This document shows, piece by piece, positions 1 to 9,280 of a DNA stretch of 64,000 bases; position 1 is the stretch's first letter, and each line of letters opens with the position of its first letter. The notes below the pieces were generated by a model that worked only from the letters and a program-made list of their open reading frames with translations, searched no databases and had not been told where the DNA came from. Origin of the DNA: Pirellulales bacterium. GTDB lineage: Bacteria > Planctomycetota > Planctomycetia > Pirellulales > JAICIG01. The stretch is from the NCBI GenBank assembly GCA_040901675.1, contig JBBDYJ010000038.1, forward strand, positions 201,376-265,375, written 5' to 3'. The translations under genes were made by a program, and so were the position numbers.

Positions 1-195
1 CAGCACGAACCAGCGGACGATGGTGAGTGCCACGGCCGCCAGGCACAAGGCCCAGGCCAGTCCGAGCAGCGGCCAATCTTTCGGCTGGCTGGCCAGGTTG
101 GAAAACGTCTTGTCGGCCCTGGCCTCCACGACCAGGTAGGCAATGATGGCGGCCGAGATGCCGAACTTGAGGAGATAGATCAGTGTCTTCTTCAA
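1..195 (-). CDS. N-terminal part of a membrane protein, probably lysylphosphatidylglycerol synthase TM / flippase-like (YbhN) family; runs off the window
   Basis: Manual translation from TTG at 195: MKKTLIYLLKFGISAAIIAYLVVEARADKTFSNLASQPKDWPLLGLAWALCLAAVALTIVRWFVL; LK-x-x-S TM helix and RW motif typical of the family. Confidence 0.6.
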   Translation of the reverse strand, partial: MKKTLIYLLKFGISAAIIAYLVVEARADKTFSNLASQPKDWPLLGLAWALCLAAVALTIVRWFVL

Positions 196-236
196 GGTCT
201 TGTTCAAGCCACACTCCGGAGGGCGGGTCCGCTCGC

Positions 237-265
237 TTGACAGTCCGCGGCCACGGTGATAAGTT
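237..265 (+). promoter_or_regulatory. sigma70-type promoter, probably for tRNA-Ala
   Basis: TTGACA-17 nt-TAAGTT about 120 nt upstream of the tRNA. Confidence 0.55.
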
Positions 266-382
266 TTTTGGATCGCGGCGGCAAGGCCAGGTCGGCAGGC
301 ATTCTGGAAGGGGCATTTCGGACGGTTGCCTTTCGGAAATGCGGAAGTTGTTGTCGGCGAGTGGTTTGTGTTCCGTCCTTCA

Positions 383-457
<75 letters not shown>

Positions 458-572
458 GGTACAAGTCTGGCCGAGAGCTGGTTTTAAGCATTCCCGCCAT
501 TCTATGGCGGCGCGGCCTGTGGTTGAACCCTAGTGGGGTCGTACGACCCCACCAAACCCCAGGAGCCGCACC

Positions 573-1061
573 ATGCGCAAGCCACCAAAGTACCGCCGTC
601 ACGCCAACGGCCAGGCGTTCGTCCAGTACCGCTACCGCCGCTCGGTCAACAACCACACCAACCGGATCAAGCGGTTCTTCAAGTGGTGCTGCCGCGAGGA
701 ACACCTGCCCAAGGAACTGTACAACGGCCTGGCCTGCGTCGAGGGGCTGCGGGCCGGCCGATCCCAGGCCCGCGAATCCAAGCCGGTCGAGCCGGTCCCG
801 CTGGCCTGGCTGGTGGCCGTGCTGCCGGAGCTGCCGGCGGCGGTGGCGGCCATGTGCCAGATCCAGTACCTCTGCGGCATGCGGCCCGGCGAGGTGGTGG
901 TCATGCGCGCCGCCGACATCAACATGGCCGGCGACATCTGGCTTTATCGGCCGGGCGATCACAAGACGGCCCACCACGGCCACACGCTGCTCAAGGCCAT
1001 CCCGCGGCGGGCCCAGGAACTGATCAAGCCCGCTGTCCAACGTGCCGATCCATGGCTGTAA
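573..1061 (+). pseudogene. Tyrosine recombinase/integrase remnant (internal deletion, C-terminal truncation)
   Basis: Arm-binding-like N-terminus MRKPPKYRRHANGQAFV joined directly to the core; box I motif CGMRPGEV and HKT present; HxxR and catalytic Tyr region missing. Confidence 0.85.
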
Positions 1062-1069
1062 CCTGCCGA

Positions 1070-1100
1070 TTGACAGTTTGCCGAACGGTCAGGATAAGAT
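1070..1100 (+). promoter_or_regulatory. Possible sigma70 promoter for the CxxU gene
   Basis: TTGACA-19 nt-TAAGAT; spacing suboptimal. Confidence 0.3.
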
Positions 1101-1164
1101 GAATGGGCCGGGTCGCCAAACGTTCTCGAAAGCACAGCCCGCATCGGAAAGGAGCCGTTCAAGA

Positions 1165-1790
1165 ATGAGTTGGAAGAGGACACCGCCGTGGCGCTCCTCG
1201 CTCTGGGCGCCCTGTTCACGCCGGCCGGTCTACCAGCGCAGCCGCTCACCGAAGTGACCTACGCGAAGTGGCGCGACCACGTGCTCCCTAAGCCGAACGA
1301 GCTCGCTTACCAGCGCATCGCGTGGCGGCCGAGCTTCTGGGAGGCGGTCGTCGAGGCCCAGGAGAAGGACAGGCCGATCCTCCTATGGGCCATGAACGGG
1401 CACGCGCTCTGCAACACCTGAGGCAACGGCGTCCTCGACCGACAGTTCGTCTGGTCCGACCCGCAGGTGCAGAAGCTGGCTAGCCAGTTCGTCGCGGCCG
1501 CAGACGCCTCCGACCGGCTCCAATCCAAGGCATGTAAGGATGAAGACGCCCTCCTGTTCCAGAAGTTCGGCGGCAAGTTTACCCTGCCTTCCCAGCGCAA
1601 CGGCGGAGGGATCGGGCAGGGACAGTACGCCGTATCCCCCAGCGGGAAGTTGCTCGCGTCCTGTGCCACGCCCGACCCGAAGGAGGTCGCCGAGATGATG
1701 AGGCAGGCGCTGGCAAAGTGGAAAGGCTCCCGCGCGAAAGGCGATTGCTACCGAAGGCACCCGACCCCAGGGCCATTCAAGAAGCCTTGA
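1165..1790 (+). CDS. Probable exported thioredoxin-fold selenoprotein (CxxU), probably decaying
   Basis: ORFs 1170-1421 and 1467-1790 share a frame and are separated only by TGA 1419-1421: ...KDRPILLWAMNGHALCNT-U-GNGVLDRQFVWSDPQVQKLASQFV...; AGGAG RBS and ATG at 1165 are out of frame with the signal peptide. Confidence 0.65.
1431..1460 (+). promoter_or_regulatory. Putative bacterial SECIS hairpin
   Basis: GACC-GAC-[AGTTC]-GTC-T-GGTC stem-loop; apical loop starts 22 nt after the UGA, with G at loop position 2 followed by U. Confidence 0.5.
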
Positions 1791-1875
1791 CCTGCCGCCC
1801 CATCGGTCGCTATCCATAAACTAATAGATCAGCAGATTTCGTGCGGGCCGTGTCACGGAGCGGGAGGTCGAGCCG

Positions 1876-3714
1876 ATGAACATCACTACTCTGGCGGTTG
1901 GTCCTGGGGTGACTCTTGAGGACATCCTCATCACCCCGGAACTTTCCCGCCGCAGGTCCCGAGCGCCCGATTACCCCGCCGAGAACCGCGCACTGGTCGC
2001 GCTGGCGCGCGAGATGGCGACCAATCCCAAGAACCTGCCGCAGAAGCTGGTGGACCTGGCCTTGGAACTGTGCCGGGCCGGCTCGGCTGGCATCAGCTTG
2101 CTCAAGACCGACGCGGAGGGCGAATACTTCTCCTGGGAGGCCCTGGCCGGCGTGTACGCCCCCCGGGTGGGGGGCCGGACGCCGCGTAACTTCAGCCCTT
2201 GCGGAACAACTCTGGACCGCGGTGCCCCGCAGCTCTTCTCCTGCCCGGCCCGCTACTTCACCTACTTCGAGAGGGTGGACAGCCGCATCGCCGAGGGGCT
2301 GGTAATCCCGTTCGCCCTCAACGGCCACGCACTGGGCACGATCTGGGTTCTGACCCACGACGAGTCCCGCCGCTTCGACGCTGAGGACGTGCACATCATG
2401 ACGGTCCTCGCCGAATTTACTGCGGCGGCACTACAGACGCTCTCGTCTCACAACGCCGCGACGAAAGCTCAGGACGAATTGCGGCGGAACAACCAGGCGT
2501 TGCGGGAGAGCGAGGCGCGGTTCCGCAAGTTGGTGTTGGCGTTGCCGGCGGCGGTGTACACCACGGACCGCGAGGGGCGTGTCACCCTCTTCAACGACCG
2601 GGCCGCCAAACTCTGGGGCCGCCGCCCGGAAGTCGGCAAGGACCTGTGGTGCGGCTCGTGGCGGATCTTCCGGCCCGACGGCACGCCCCTGCCGCACGAC
2701 CAGTGCCCGATGGCGGTGGCGCTGCGCGAGGGCCGCGGCGTCCGGGGCCAGGAGATCGTCGTCGAGCGGCCGGACGGGGCCCGGGTCTGCGTCCTGCCCT
2801 ACCCCGAGCCGCTGCGCGACGCCGCGGGGGAGGTCGTCGGCGCGGTCAACATGCTCGTGGACGTCACCGACCGCAAACGCACCGAGGAGGCGCTCCGCGA
2901 GGCCCACGACGAGTTGGGGAGGCGCGTGGAGGAACGGACCGCGGAGCTGGCCAAGGTGAATGAAGTCCTGAAAGCGGAGATTGCACGGCACCAACAGACG
3001 GATGCAGCCCGCAGCGAGGCCGTGCAGCAACTGATCAATGCCAAGGAGGCGGAACGCCACCGCCTCGCGCGGGAACTGCACGACCGGATGGGACAGCACC
3101 TGACCGCGCTCATGCTCGGGTTGAGAATGCTCAGGGATGGCACGCCGGAATTGTCCTCCGCACGCGAGCGCCTGCAACAATTACAGGAACTCGCTGACCT
3201 CATGGGCAGAGAGATTCACCACCTCGCCCTGGAACTCCGCCCCACGGCGCTCGATGACTTCGGCCTGCACACGGCCCTGGGCAACTACATTGAGGAGTGG
3301 TCCGAACGCTCAGGGGTCGGGGTCGATCTCTACAGCACAGGCCTGGACGGGAATCGCCTACCCTCCCCCATCGAAACGGCCCTGTACCGGGTGGTGCAGG
3401 AGGGGCTGACGAACGTGCTCAAGCATGCCCAGGCCCGGCGTGTCAGCCTCATCCTTCGGCGCTCCCCGGACCAGGTGCTCGCCATCCTCGAAGACGACGG
3501 CCGCGGTTTCGACGCCGACGCGGCGATCAGCACCCGGGGCCCTCAGGGCCGATTGGGCCTGCTGGGGATGAGGGAGCGTGTGGCGCTAGTCGGTGGGACG
3601 CTGACCATCGAATCCACGCCCGGGAGAGGCACGACGATCTTCGCCCGGATTCCGTCGCCGGGGGATGGGGAGGAGGACAGCGATGGTGAAACTGCGCGTC
3701 TACCTGGCCGATGA
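1876..3714 (+). CDS. GAF-PAS sensor histidine kinase (HisKA_3 / NarX-like)
   Basis: ERHRLARELHDRMGQ H-box, LYRVVQEGLTNVLKHA N-box, EDDGRGF, GLLGMRER; PAS/PAC and N-terminal GAF domains. Confidence 0.92.
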   Translation: MNITTLAVGPGVTLEDILITPELSRRRSRAPDYPAENRALVALAREMATNPKNLPQKLVDLALELCRAGSAGISLLKTDAEGEYFSWEALAGVYAPRVGGRTPRNFSPCGTTLDRGAPQLFSCPARYFTYFERVDSRIAEGLVIPFALNGHALGTIWVLTHDESRRFDAEDVHIMTVLAEFTAAALQTLSSHNAATKAQDELRRNNQALRESEARFRKLVLALPAAVYTTDREGRVTLFNDRAAKLWGRRPEVGKDLWCGSWRIFRPDGTPLPHDQCPMAVALREGRGVRGQEIVVERPDGARVCVLPYPEPLRDAAGEVVGAVNMLVDVTDRKRTEEALREAHDELGRRVEERTAELAKVNEVLKAEIARHQQTDAARSEAVQQLINAKEAERHRLARELHDRMGQHLTALMLGLRMLRDGTPELSSARERLQQLQELADLMGREIHHLALELRPTALDDFGLHTALGNYIEEWSERSGVGVDLYSTGLDGNRLPSPIETALYRVVQEGLTNVLKHAQARRVSLILRRSPDQVLAILEDDGRGFDADAAISTRGPQGRLGLLGMRERVALVGGTLTIESTPGRGTTIFARIPSPGDGEEDSDGETARLPGR

Positions 3715-4336
3715 TCATGCGGTCGTCCGCGCAGGGTTGAAGGCCCTCATCGACTCCCAGCCCGATATGGAGGTGAGCGGCGAGGCGGGCGACGGCCGGG
3801 CCGCGTGCCAGCACGTCCAGGAATTGCAGCCCGATGTGGTGGTCATGGACATCTCCATGCCGGGTGTCAGTGGCGCTCAGGCAACGGCCCAGTTAAAGGA
3901 GACGTGCCCCGGCGTCAAGGTGCTGGCGCTCACCGTCCACGAGGACACGGGCTATCTGCGCTTGCTCCTGGAGGCCGGCGCGTCGGGTTACGTGCTTAAG
4001 CGTGCCGCGGCGGAAGAGCTGATCCACGCCATCCGCACGGTGGCCGCGGGCGGCGTGTACCTGGACCCGGCGCTTGCGGGCAAGGTCGTGGGAAGCTTTG
4101 TGCGTGCCCCAGTGGGGAAGAGCGTTCCCAAGGGCGGTGGCCTGAGCGACCGGGAGGCCGAGGTGGTGCGTCTCATCGCCGCGGGCTACAGCAATAAAGA
4201 GATTGCCAATCGGCTCAGCCTGAGCGTCAAAACTGTCGAGACGTACAAGGCCCGTTCGATGGAGAAGCTCGGCCTGGACAGCCGTGCAGACCTCGTGCGC
4301 TACGCTTTGCAGCGGGGCTGGTTGCAGAACGTCTGA
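3683..4336 (+). CDS. NarL/FixJ family response regulator (REC plus LuxR HTH)
   Basis: LADDHAVVRAG, VVMDISMP, LSDREAEVVRLIAAGYSNKEIA...KTVETYKAR; GGAGG RBS. Confidence 0.93.
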   Translation: MVKLRVYLADDHAVVRAGLKALIDSQPDMEVSGEAGDGRAACQHVQELQPDVVVMDISMPGVSGAQATAQLKETCPGVKVLALTVHEDTGYLRLLLEAGASGYVLKRAAAEELIHAIRTVAAGGVYLDPALAGKVVGSFVRAPVGKSVPKGGGLSDREAEVVRLIAAGYSNKEIANRLSLSVKTVETYKARSMEKLGLDSRADLVRYALQRGWLQNV

Positions 4337-4543
4337 CGGCTTGAAAGCCGCCCGTTGTGCTGGCTTTCGGTCCAACGAGCCTCTTTCGCTATTGTCCGAG
4401 AATCTCCTGACACCTGCGCTTTTTTCGGACGCAGCAGACGCTGGTTTTCCGACACTCTTGCTTCTTCTCGCTGGTAAAAACACCTCTACGATTGCCCGAT
4501 TACTCAGATAGAAAACTCTGAGACTTTTGGCAGAGCCGTTCGC

Positions 4544-5643
4544 ATGTCCCAGGATGAATTAACGTTTTGGAAGCAGGCAGACTGGTCGCGTGTCGCTCTT
4601 AACAGCATCGGCGATGCGGTAATCGTCAGTGACGCCCTAAGCCGGGTAGTTTTCATGAACCCCGTCGCTGAAACCCTGACCGGCTGGTCACAGGCAGAAG
4701 CGGTCGGGAGACCCCTGCCGGCCGTCTTCCGGATCATCAACGAACGGACCCGGTCGAGGACCCGGTGGCCAAAGTACTTACCAGCGGCGTGGTCCTTGGA
4801 CTGGCCAACCACACCCTGCTGCTGGCTCGGGACGGCACGGAACGACCCATCAACGACACTGGCGCACCGATCCGCGACCACGACGGAAGGCTCGCAGGCG
4901 TCGTATGGATCTTTCGCGACATTACCGAGCGTCGGCGGGCGGAGCAGGCCGCAGAGGCAGCGCGAGCGTATGCTGAGGCCATTGTGGAGGCGGCCGGCTT
5001 GACGCTCGATCTTCAGTTGCCGGATCAGGCGCTCTGGGTGAGAGGCGATCCGACGCGGCTGGCGCAGATCGTGGGCAACCTCCTGCACAACGCCAGCAAA
5101 TTCACCGATCCGGGCGGGTACGTGAGCGTACAGGTGACGCAGGATGCGGGCGGCGACACGGCCGTGATTGCCGTCCGCGACACGGGCATCGGTATGGATC
5201 CGAAGATGCTGGCCGAAGTCTTTGAGACGTTTCGCCAGGGGGAGAACGGCCGGGACCACAACCGGGGGGGGGCTTGGCCTGGGGTTGGCGTTGGTCAAGG
5301 GGGTGGTCGCGTTGCACGACGGTACCGTGCACGCCGCCAGCGAAAGACCAGGGCGCGGCTGCAAGATCACGGTCCGGCTCCCGATGGAGCGCGCCCCGGA
5401 GCCGCCCAAGCCGGCGAGTCACACTCCCGCACTTGCCGAGCAAGCGTACCGGATCTCGTCATCGAGGACAATCGCGACGCGGCCGAGAGCATGAAGATAC
5501 TGCTCGGGCTGGTCGGCCATCGGGTCGAAACGGCTTCTACCGGCGCCGCCGGAGTTGACGTAGCCCGAGCGTTTCACCCCCAGGTTGTGCTGTGCGACAT
5601 TGGGCTGCCGGGCGGAACTGCCAGTAGGGTCCTGCGCCGATGA
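4544..5643 (+). pseudogene. PAS-domain hybrid histidine kinase pseudogene
   Basis: PAS (SIGDAVIVSD...NPVAETLTGW), HATPase (NLLHNASKFT, DTGIGM, GGLGLGL) and REC pieces lie in different frames; HisKA segment deleted. Confidence 0.85.
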
Positions 5644-6127
5644 AACATGCGAGAAGCCCGCCGTAACCATCTAGTTCTAGTTCGGGCGGTCTCAAAGATC
5701 CTTCGCCGCCCAACGGATAAGGAATTCGGTACGACCGGGTGACCGGCTTTGCGGATTTTAGCCTATGGGCATTTGTTTGCCGCCGCTCCAGGATGCTCTC
5801 TTCAAGAGCAGAAGGTTGTCCTTGTAGCGGCCTGCACCGATGCGGGGTAACGCAAGTTGTCTTAACCCACCAGTTTTACCTCCGCGAAACTGTCCTGACT
5901 CATCTCGCTTTCTCCCGACAAACACAGAATCGCTCACGACTTCTTGCCTTGTCGATGGCCGACACGGTCGTTCCATTCCCTCCCGGCTCGAAGCTGGCTC
6001 GCGACATGGTCGTGCTCGACGCGACCGCCTGAGCCGTGTTCGCTCCGTCAACGGGGCCACTCGAAGCCTGAACGGAGCCCGAAGTCCCTACATCAGCGGG
6101 GAAGTCCTGACACGTGACAACCGTGAC

Positions 6128-6144
6128 ACGGCCCGTGAATTGCT
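6128..6144 (+). promoter_or_regulatory. sigma54-type -24/-12 promoter
   Basis: ACGGCCCGTGAATTGCT (GG-N10-GC) about 100 nt upstream of 6248. Confidence 0.45.
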
Positions 6145-6247
6145 CTTACTTTCTGCGCTTCTCCGGGGATTAGGTCGCCGAGCGATGGTGTATGTCGCAC
6201 CACCTTGAGCCCCTGGCTCCGAAGAACTACTTGCAGGAGGACATTCT

Positions 6248-6967
6248 ATGGCTGAAAACGCCACGCTTCGTGCGGAGGATCTGGTCCCGGTCCGCAGCCG
6301 GCTGAGCTGGGGCGCTATCATTGCCGGCGCTGTGTTGGCCTTGGCTGTCTACCTGGTCTTAACACTCCTGGGCGGGGCCATAGGGTTAACTATCAGCGAC
6401 AACGTCCGCACCGATAGCCTCAAAACCGGGGGTGCAATTTGGGCCATCCTGGCCACGGCAATAGCTCTGTTCGTGGGCGGTTGGGTGACCACGCAGTGTA
6501 CCGTGGGAGAGAATAAGGCCGAGGCGGTCGTACATGGCGTCATCATGTGGGGAGTGGTGCTCGCGATGCTGCTGTGGTTGACGGCCACGGGTGTCCGGGC
6601 GGGCTTTAACGCGATGGTGGGGATGGCCTACGTTGGCAGCAACGCTGCTCGCAACACGTCGACCGAAGACTGGGAGGCCGCGGCACGACGCTCCGGGGTG
6701 CCCCAGGCTACGATTAACGACTGGCGACAGAAAGCCGCCGATGCCCCGGCCGAAACTCGCCGCGGGGTAGACCCCGCCAATCAGCAAGCGGCGGTTGAGA
6801 CAGCGACCCAGGCGACCTGGTGGACGCTCCTCGGCACCCTACTCTCGATGGCCGCTGCCGTCGCTGGAGCCATGGTGGGCGCCGGTCCGACGTTTCGACT
6901 CCGGGGGATTGAGGCCCCTACAACCGGTGGGATGTATGAGGACCGCCGGGTCCATGCCAGAACGTAA
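6248..6967 (+). CDS. Multi-pass membrane protein (stress-cluster type, SWGAIIAG motif)
   Basis: AGGAGG RBS, four or more hydrophobic helices. Confidence 0.75.
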   Translation: MAENATLRAEDLVPVRSRLSWGAIIAGAVLALAVYLVLTLLGGAIGLTISDNVRTDSLKTGGAIWAILATAIALFVGGWVTTQCTVGENKAEAVVHGVIMWGVVLAMLLWLTATGVRAGFNAMVGMAYVGSNAARNTSTEDWEAAARRSGVPQATINDWRQKAADAPAETRRGVDPANQQAAVETATQATWWTLLGTLLSMAAAVAGAMVGAGPTFRLRGIEAPTTGGMYEDRRVHART

Positions 6968-7105
6968 ACCGCGGGCGAGTCACCGGAAACAACAAGGCAG
7001 ACTGCCAGAGCTATCGGGGCATCTGACAGCGCAGAACGTAGTGCCCCGACGGTTCTTCAGGCCCGTTGCCTGGAAAGTTGGGATTTCCAGCTCAGGAGCC
7101 GAATT

Positions 7106-7423
7106 ATGAATTGGGATACGATCCAGGGTCAATGGACGCAGTTCAAGGGCAAGGTCAAGGAGAAGTGGGGGGACCTCACTGACGACGACCGGCAACGTCA
7201 AGGACACCGCCGAGGAGTGGGCATCGTCAGTTGGCAGTGCCGCCGTTCAGGCCAAAGACAAGGCGCAAGAGGTCGTCGGTGCAGCGGCTGAAAAGGTTGG
7301 AGAAGTCGGGGAGGAAGTCACCGCTTTGATCCGCCGCTACCCACTTCCGGCGTTGCTGATGGGCGTCGGGGTGGGATTCCTGCTGGCGAAGATCTTGCAG
7401 GGTCCGTCGTCGGCAGCGACGTA
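7106..7423 (+). pseudogene. CsbD-family N-terminus joined out of frame to an ElaB/DUF883-like C-terminus
   Basis: [28 protein letters not shown], then a shift to ...VTALIRRYPLPALLMGVGVGFLLAKIL...TAA. Confidence 0.7.
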
Positions 7424-7489
7424 AAACGTCCCGCCTTATCGCATCGTGAAGTAATGTTTCGAACATATACACTTTTTGGAGCCAGTCAC

Positions 7490-7756
7490 ATGGGATTTCT
7501 CTGGTGGTTGGTAATCGGACCACTCGCGGGTGGCGTGGCGCGCCTGCTCATTCCAGGCCGACAGCCGATGGGGCTACTATTGACCATGATCCTCGGGCTC
7601 GTCGGGTCGGTGGTCGGCGGTCTTATCTCGACAGCGATCTTCGGCTATAGCGCCGCGGACCCAGGCTTTCATACTGGCGGCTTGATTATGTCCATAATCG
7701 GGGCGGTAATCGTCCTGGGAATCTATGTCACCAACGCCCAGCGCAGGTTGTCGTGA
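7490..7756 (+). CDS. GlsB/YeaQ/YmgE family stress-response membrane protein
   Basis: MGFLWWLVIGPLAGGVARLLIPGRQPMGLLLTMILGLVGSVVGG...SIIGAVIVL. Confidence 0.88.
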   Translation: MGFLWWLVIGPLAGGVARLLIPGRQPMGLLLTMILGLVGSVVGGLISTAIFGYSAADPGFHTGGLIMSIIGAVIVLGIYVTNAQRRLS

Positions 7757-7799
7757 AACAGCCGCGAGATCCCTCACACCAAACACAACAGAGGTCACG

Positions 7800-8339
7800 A
7801 TGAAACTCGAGTCCTTACAGGACCTGTACGTAGAGGAATTGAAAGACCTTTACAGCGCGGAGACTCAGCTTATCAACGCGCTGCCGAAAATGGCTAAGGC
7901 CGCTTCGTCTCCAGAACTGCGGACGGCTTTTGAAGATCACCTTGAGCAAACCAGAGACCAGGTAGAACGACTCGAGACGATTTTCAAGAAGCTTGGTATC
8001 AGTCCCAAAGGCAAGAAATGCAAGGCAATGGGAGGCTTGATTGAGGAAGGTAGGGAGTTGATGGCCGAGCAAGCCGCACCGGCAGTGATGGACGCTGCCC
8101 TCATTGCAGCAGCACAGCGCGTCGAGCACTATGAGATGGCGGGATATGGATGTGTGCGGACTTTTGCACGCTTACTCGGGCACAAGGAGGCGGCGGACCT
8201 GCTCCAGACAACACTCCAAGAGGAAGGGGCCGCGGACAAGAAGCTCAGCAAACTCGCAGAAACCACGATCAATGTCGAGGCCCACGAGGCCGAGCCCGCC
8301 GAAGAGCACCTCCGTGGAAGCCACAGCCGGGCAATATGA
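7800..8339 (+). CDS. Ferritin-like YciE/YciF (DUF892) protein
   Basis: ELKDLYSAETQL...HLEQTRDQVERL...AQRVEHYEMAGYG...TLQEEGAAD. Confidence 0.9.
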   Translation: MKLESLQDLYVEELKDLYSAETQLINALPKMAKAASSPELRTAFEDHLEQTRDQVERLETIFKKLGISPKGKKCKAMGGLIEEGRELMAEQAAPAVMDAALIAAAQRVEHYEMAGYGCVRTFARLLGHKEAADLLQTTLQEEGAADKKLSKLAETTINVEAHEAEPAEEHLRGSHSRAI

Positions 8340-8462
8340 GCGGCTGAGCGAGAACAATAATTGAAAATCAACGTCCCGGACAAAGCCCCTGAATCAAGTG
8401 TGGGTATCGAGTGGGCACTGACGGTCAGGGCCCGCGTGATTTACTTTTAAGGAGGACTTGTG

Positions 8463-8762
8463 ATGAGCGAAACGATGGATAAACCGCGATATGCTTTTGG
8501 CAGCCAGGAAGCTGAAGAGCACTCGGAAGGAATAGTCGCCCGGACGATCGAGCAGCAGACGGCCAAGATTCCGTCGGATGTCTTCCTGTGGGCTGCATTC
8601 GCCTCCGTCGGTGGCTCCCTTTTTCTGCAGATGTCGGGCAAGAAGGAAGCGAGCCTCTTTGTGGGGCAATGGGCTCCCACCTTCTTGATCCTCGGCCTTT
8701 ATAACAAGCTGGTCAAGATCGCCGGGTCGGACCGAACTGAGAGCGCGCGGTCCCAGGTGTGA
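8463..8762 (+). CDS. Small conserved membrane protein (stress cluster)
   Basis: AAGGAGG RBS; EGIVARTIEQQTAKIPSD...FVGQWAPTFLILGLYNKLVK. Confidence 0.75.
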   Translation: MSETMDKPRYAFGSQEAEEHSEGIVARTIEQQTAKIPSDVFLWAAFASVGGSLFLQMSGKKEASLFVGQWAPTFLILGLYNKLVKIAGSDRTESARSQV

Positions 8763-9171
8763 CCTATAGACGGCTGAAACTGGTGCCCTAACGGGAACTG
8801 GGGGTGGGGCAGATGTCTTCCCCCCCTTTTAGCTTTGCGTAGAGAGCGACTTTCGCCAACCAAGATATCGAACAGGCTTTCCATTCTGTGTTTCAGCGCA
8901 CAGGAGAATAGTGTCCGTACTTGTAAGGAGAAGAATGATGGCTCAGGAATCCCAGACAGCGGAGATCGAGACGGCCGTAGCCCTTGGCTACGTTTGTGGC
9001 AGCTTCTTTTTTTCGCCACCGCTAGATCCTTACTGAGTGCATCGCGGCGACCGCTAAGCCAACAAGGGCCTTCCAAACATGACAACGAAACGCTCATGAC
9101 GGGGCGGTTCCCCCGGAGATCGTGGTCTGCCTCGACTTGGTTGCCGGCGAATTTTCGACGTGTGCCCCGCC

Positions 9172-9188
9172 TGGGAATGTGGTTTGCA
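9172..9188 (+). promoter_or_regulatory. Possible sigma54-type promoter
   Basis: TGGGAATGTGGTTTGCA (GG-N10-GC) upstream of 9281. Confidence 0.35.
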
Positions 9189-9280
9189 GTCTCTCACGGA
9201 CGCCACAGGGGCTAAAAGCTAGCCCGGGGGCTTCCATCACTCGGACAGTGGGCGTGGCGCATCAGCGCCAAGGAGGATTC

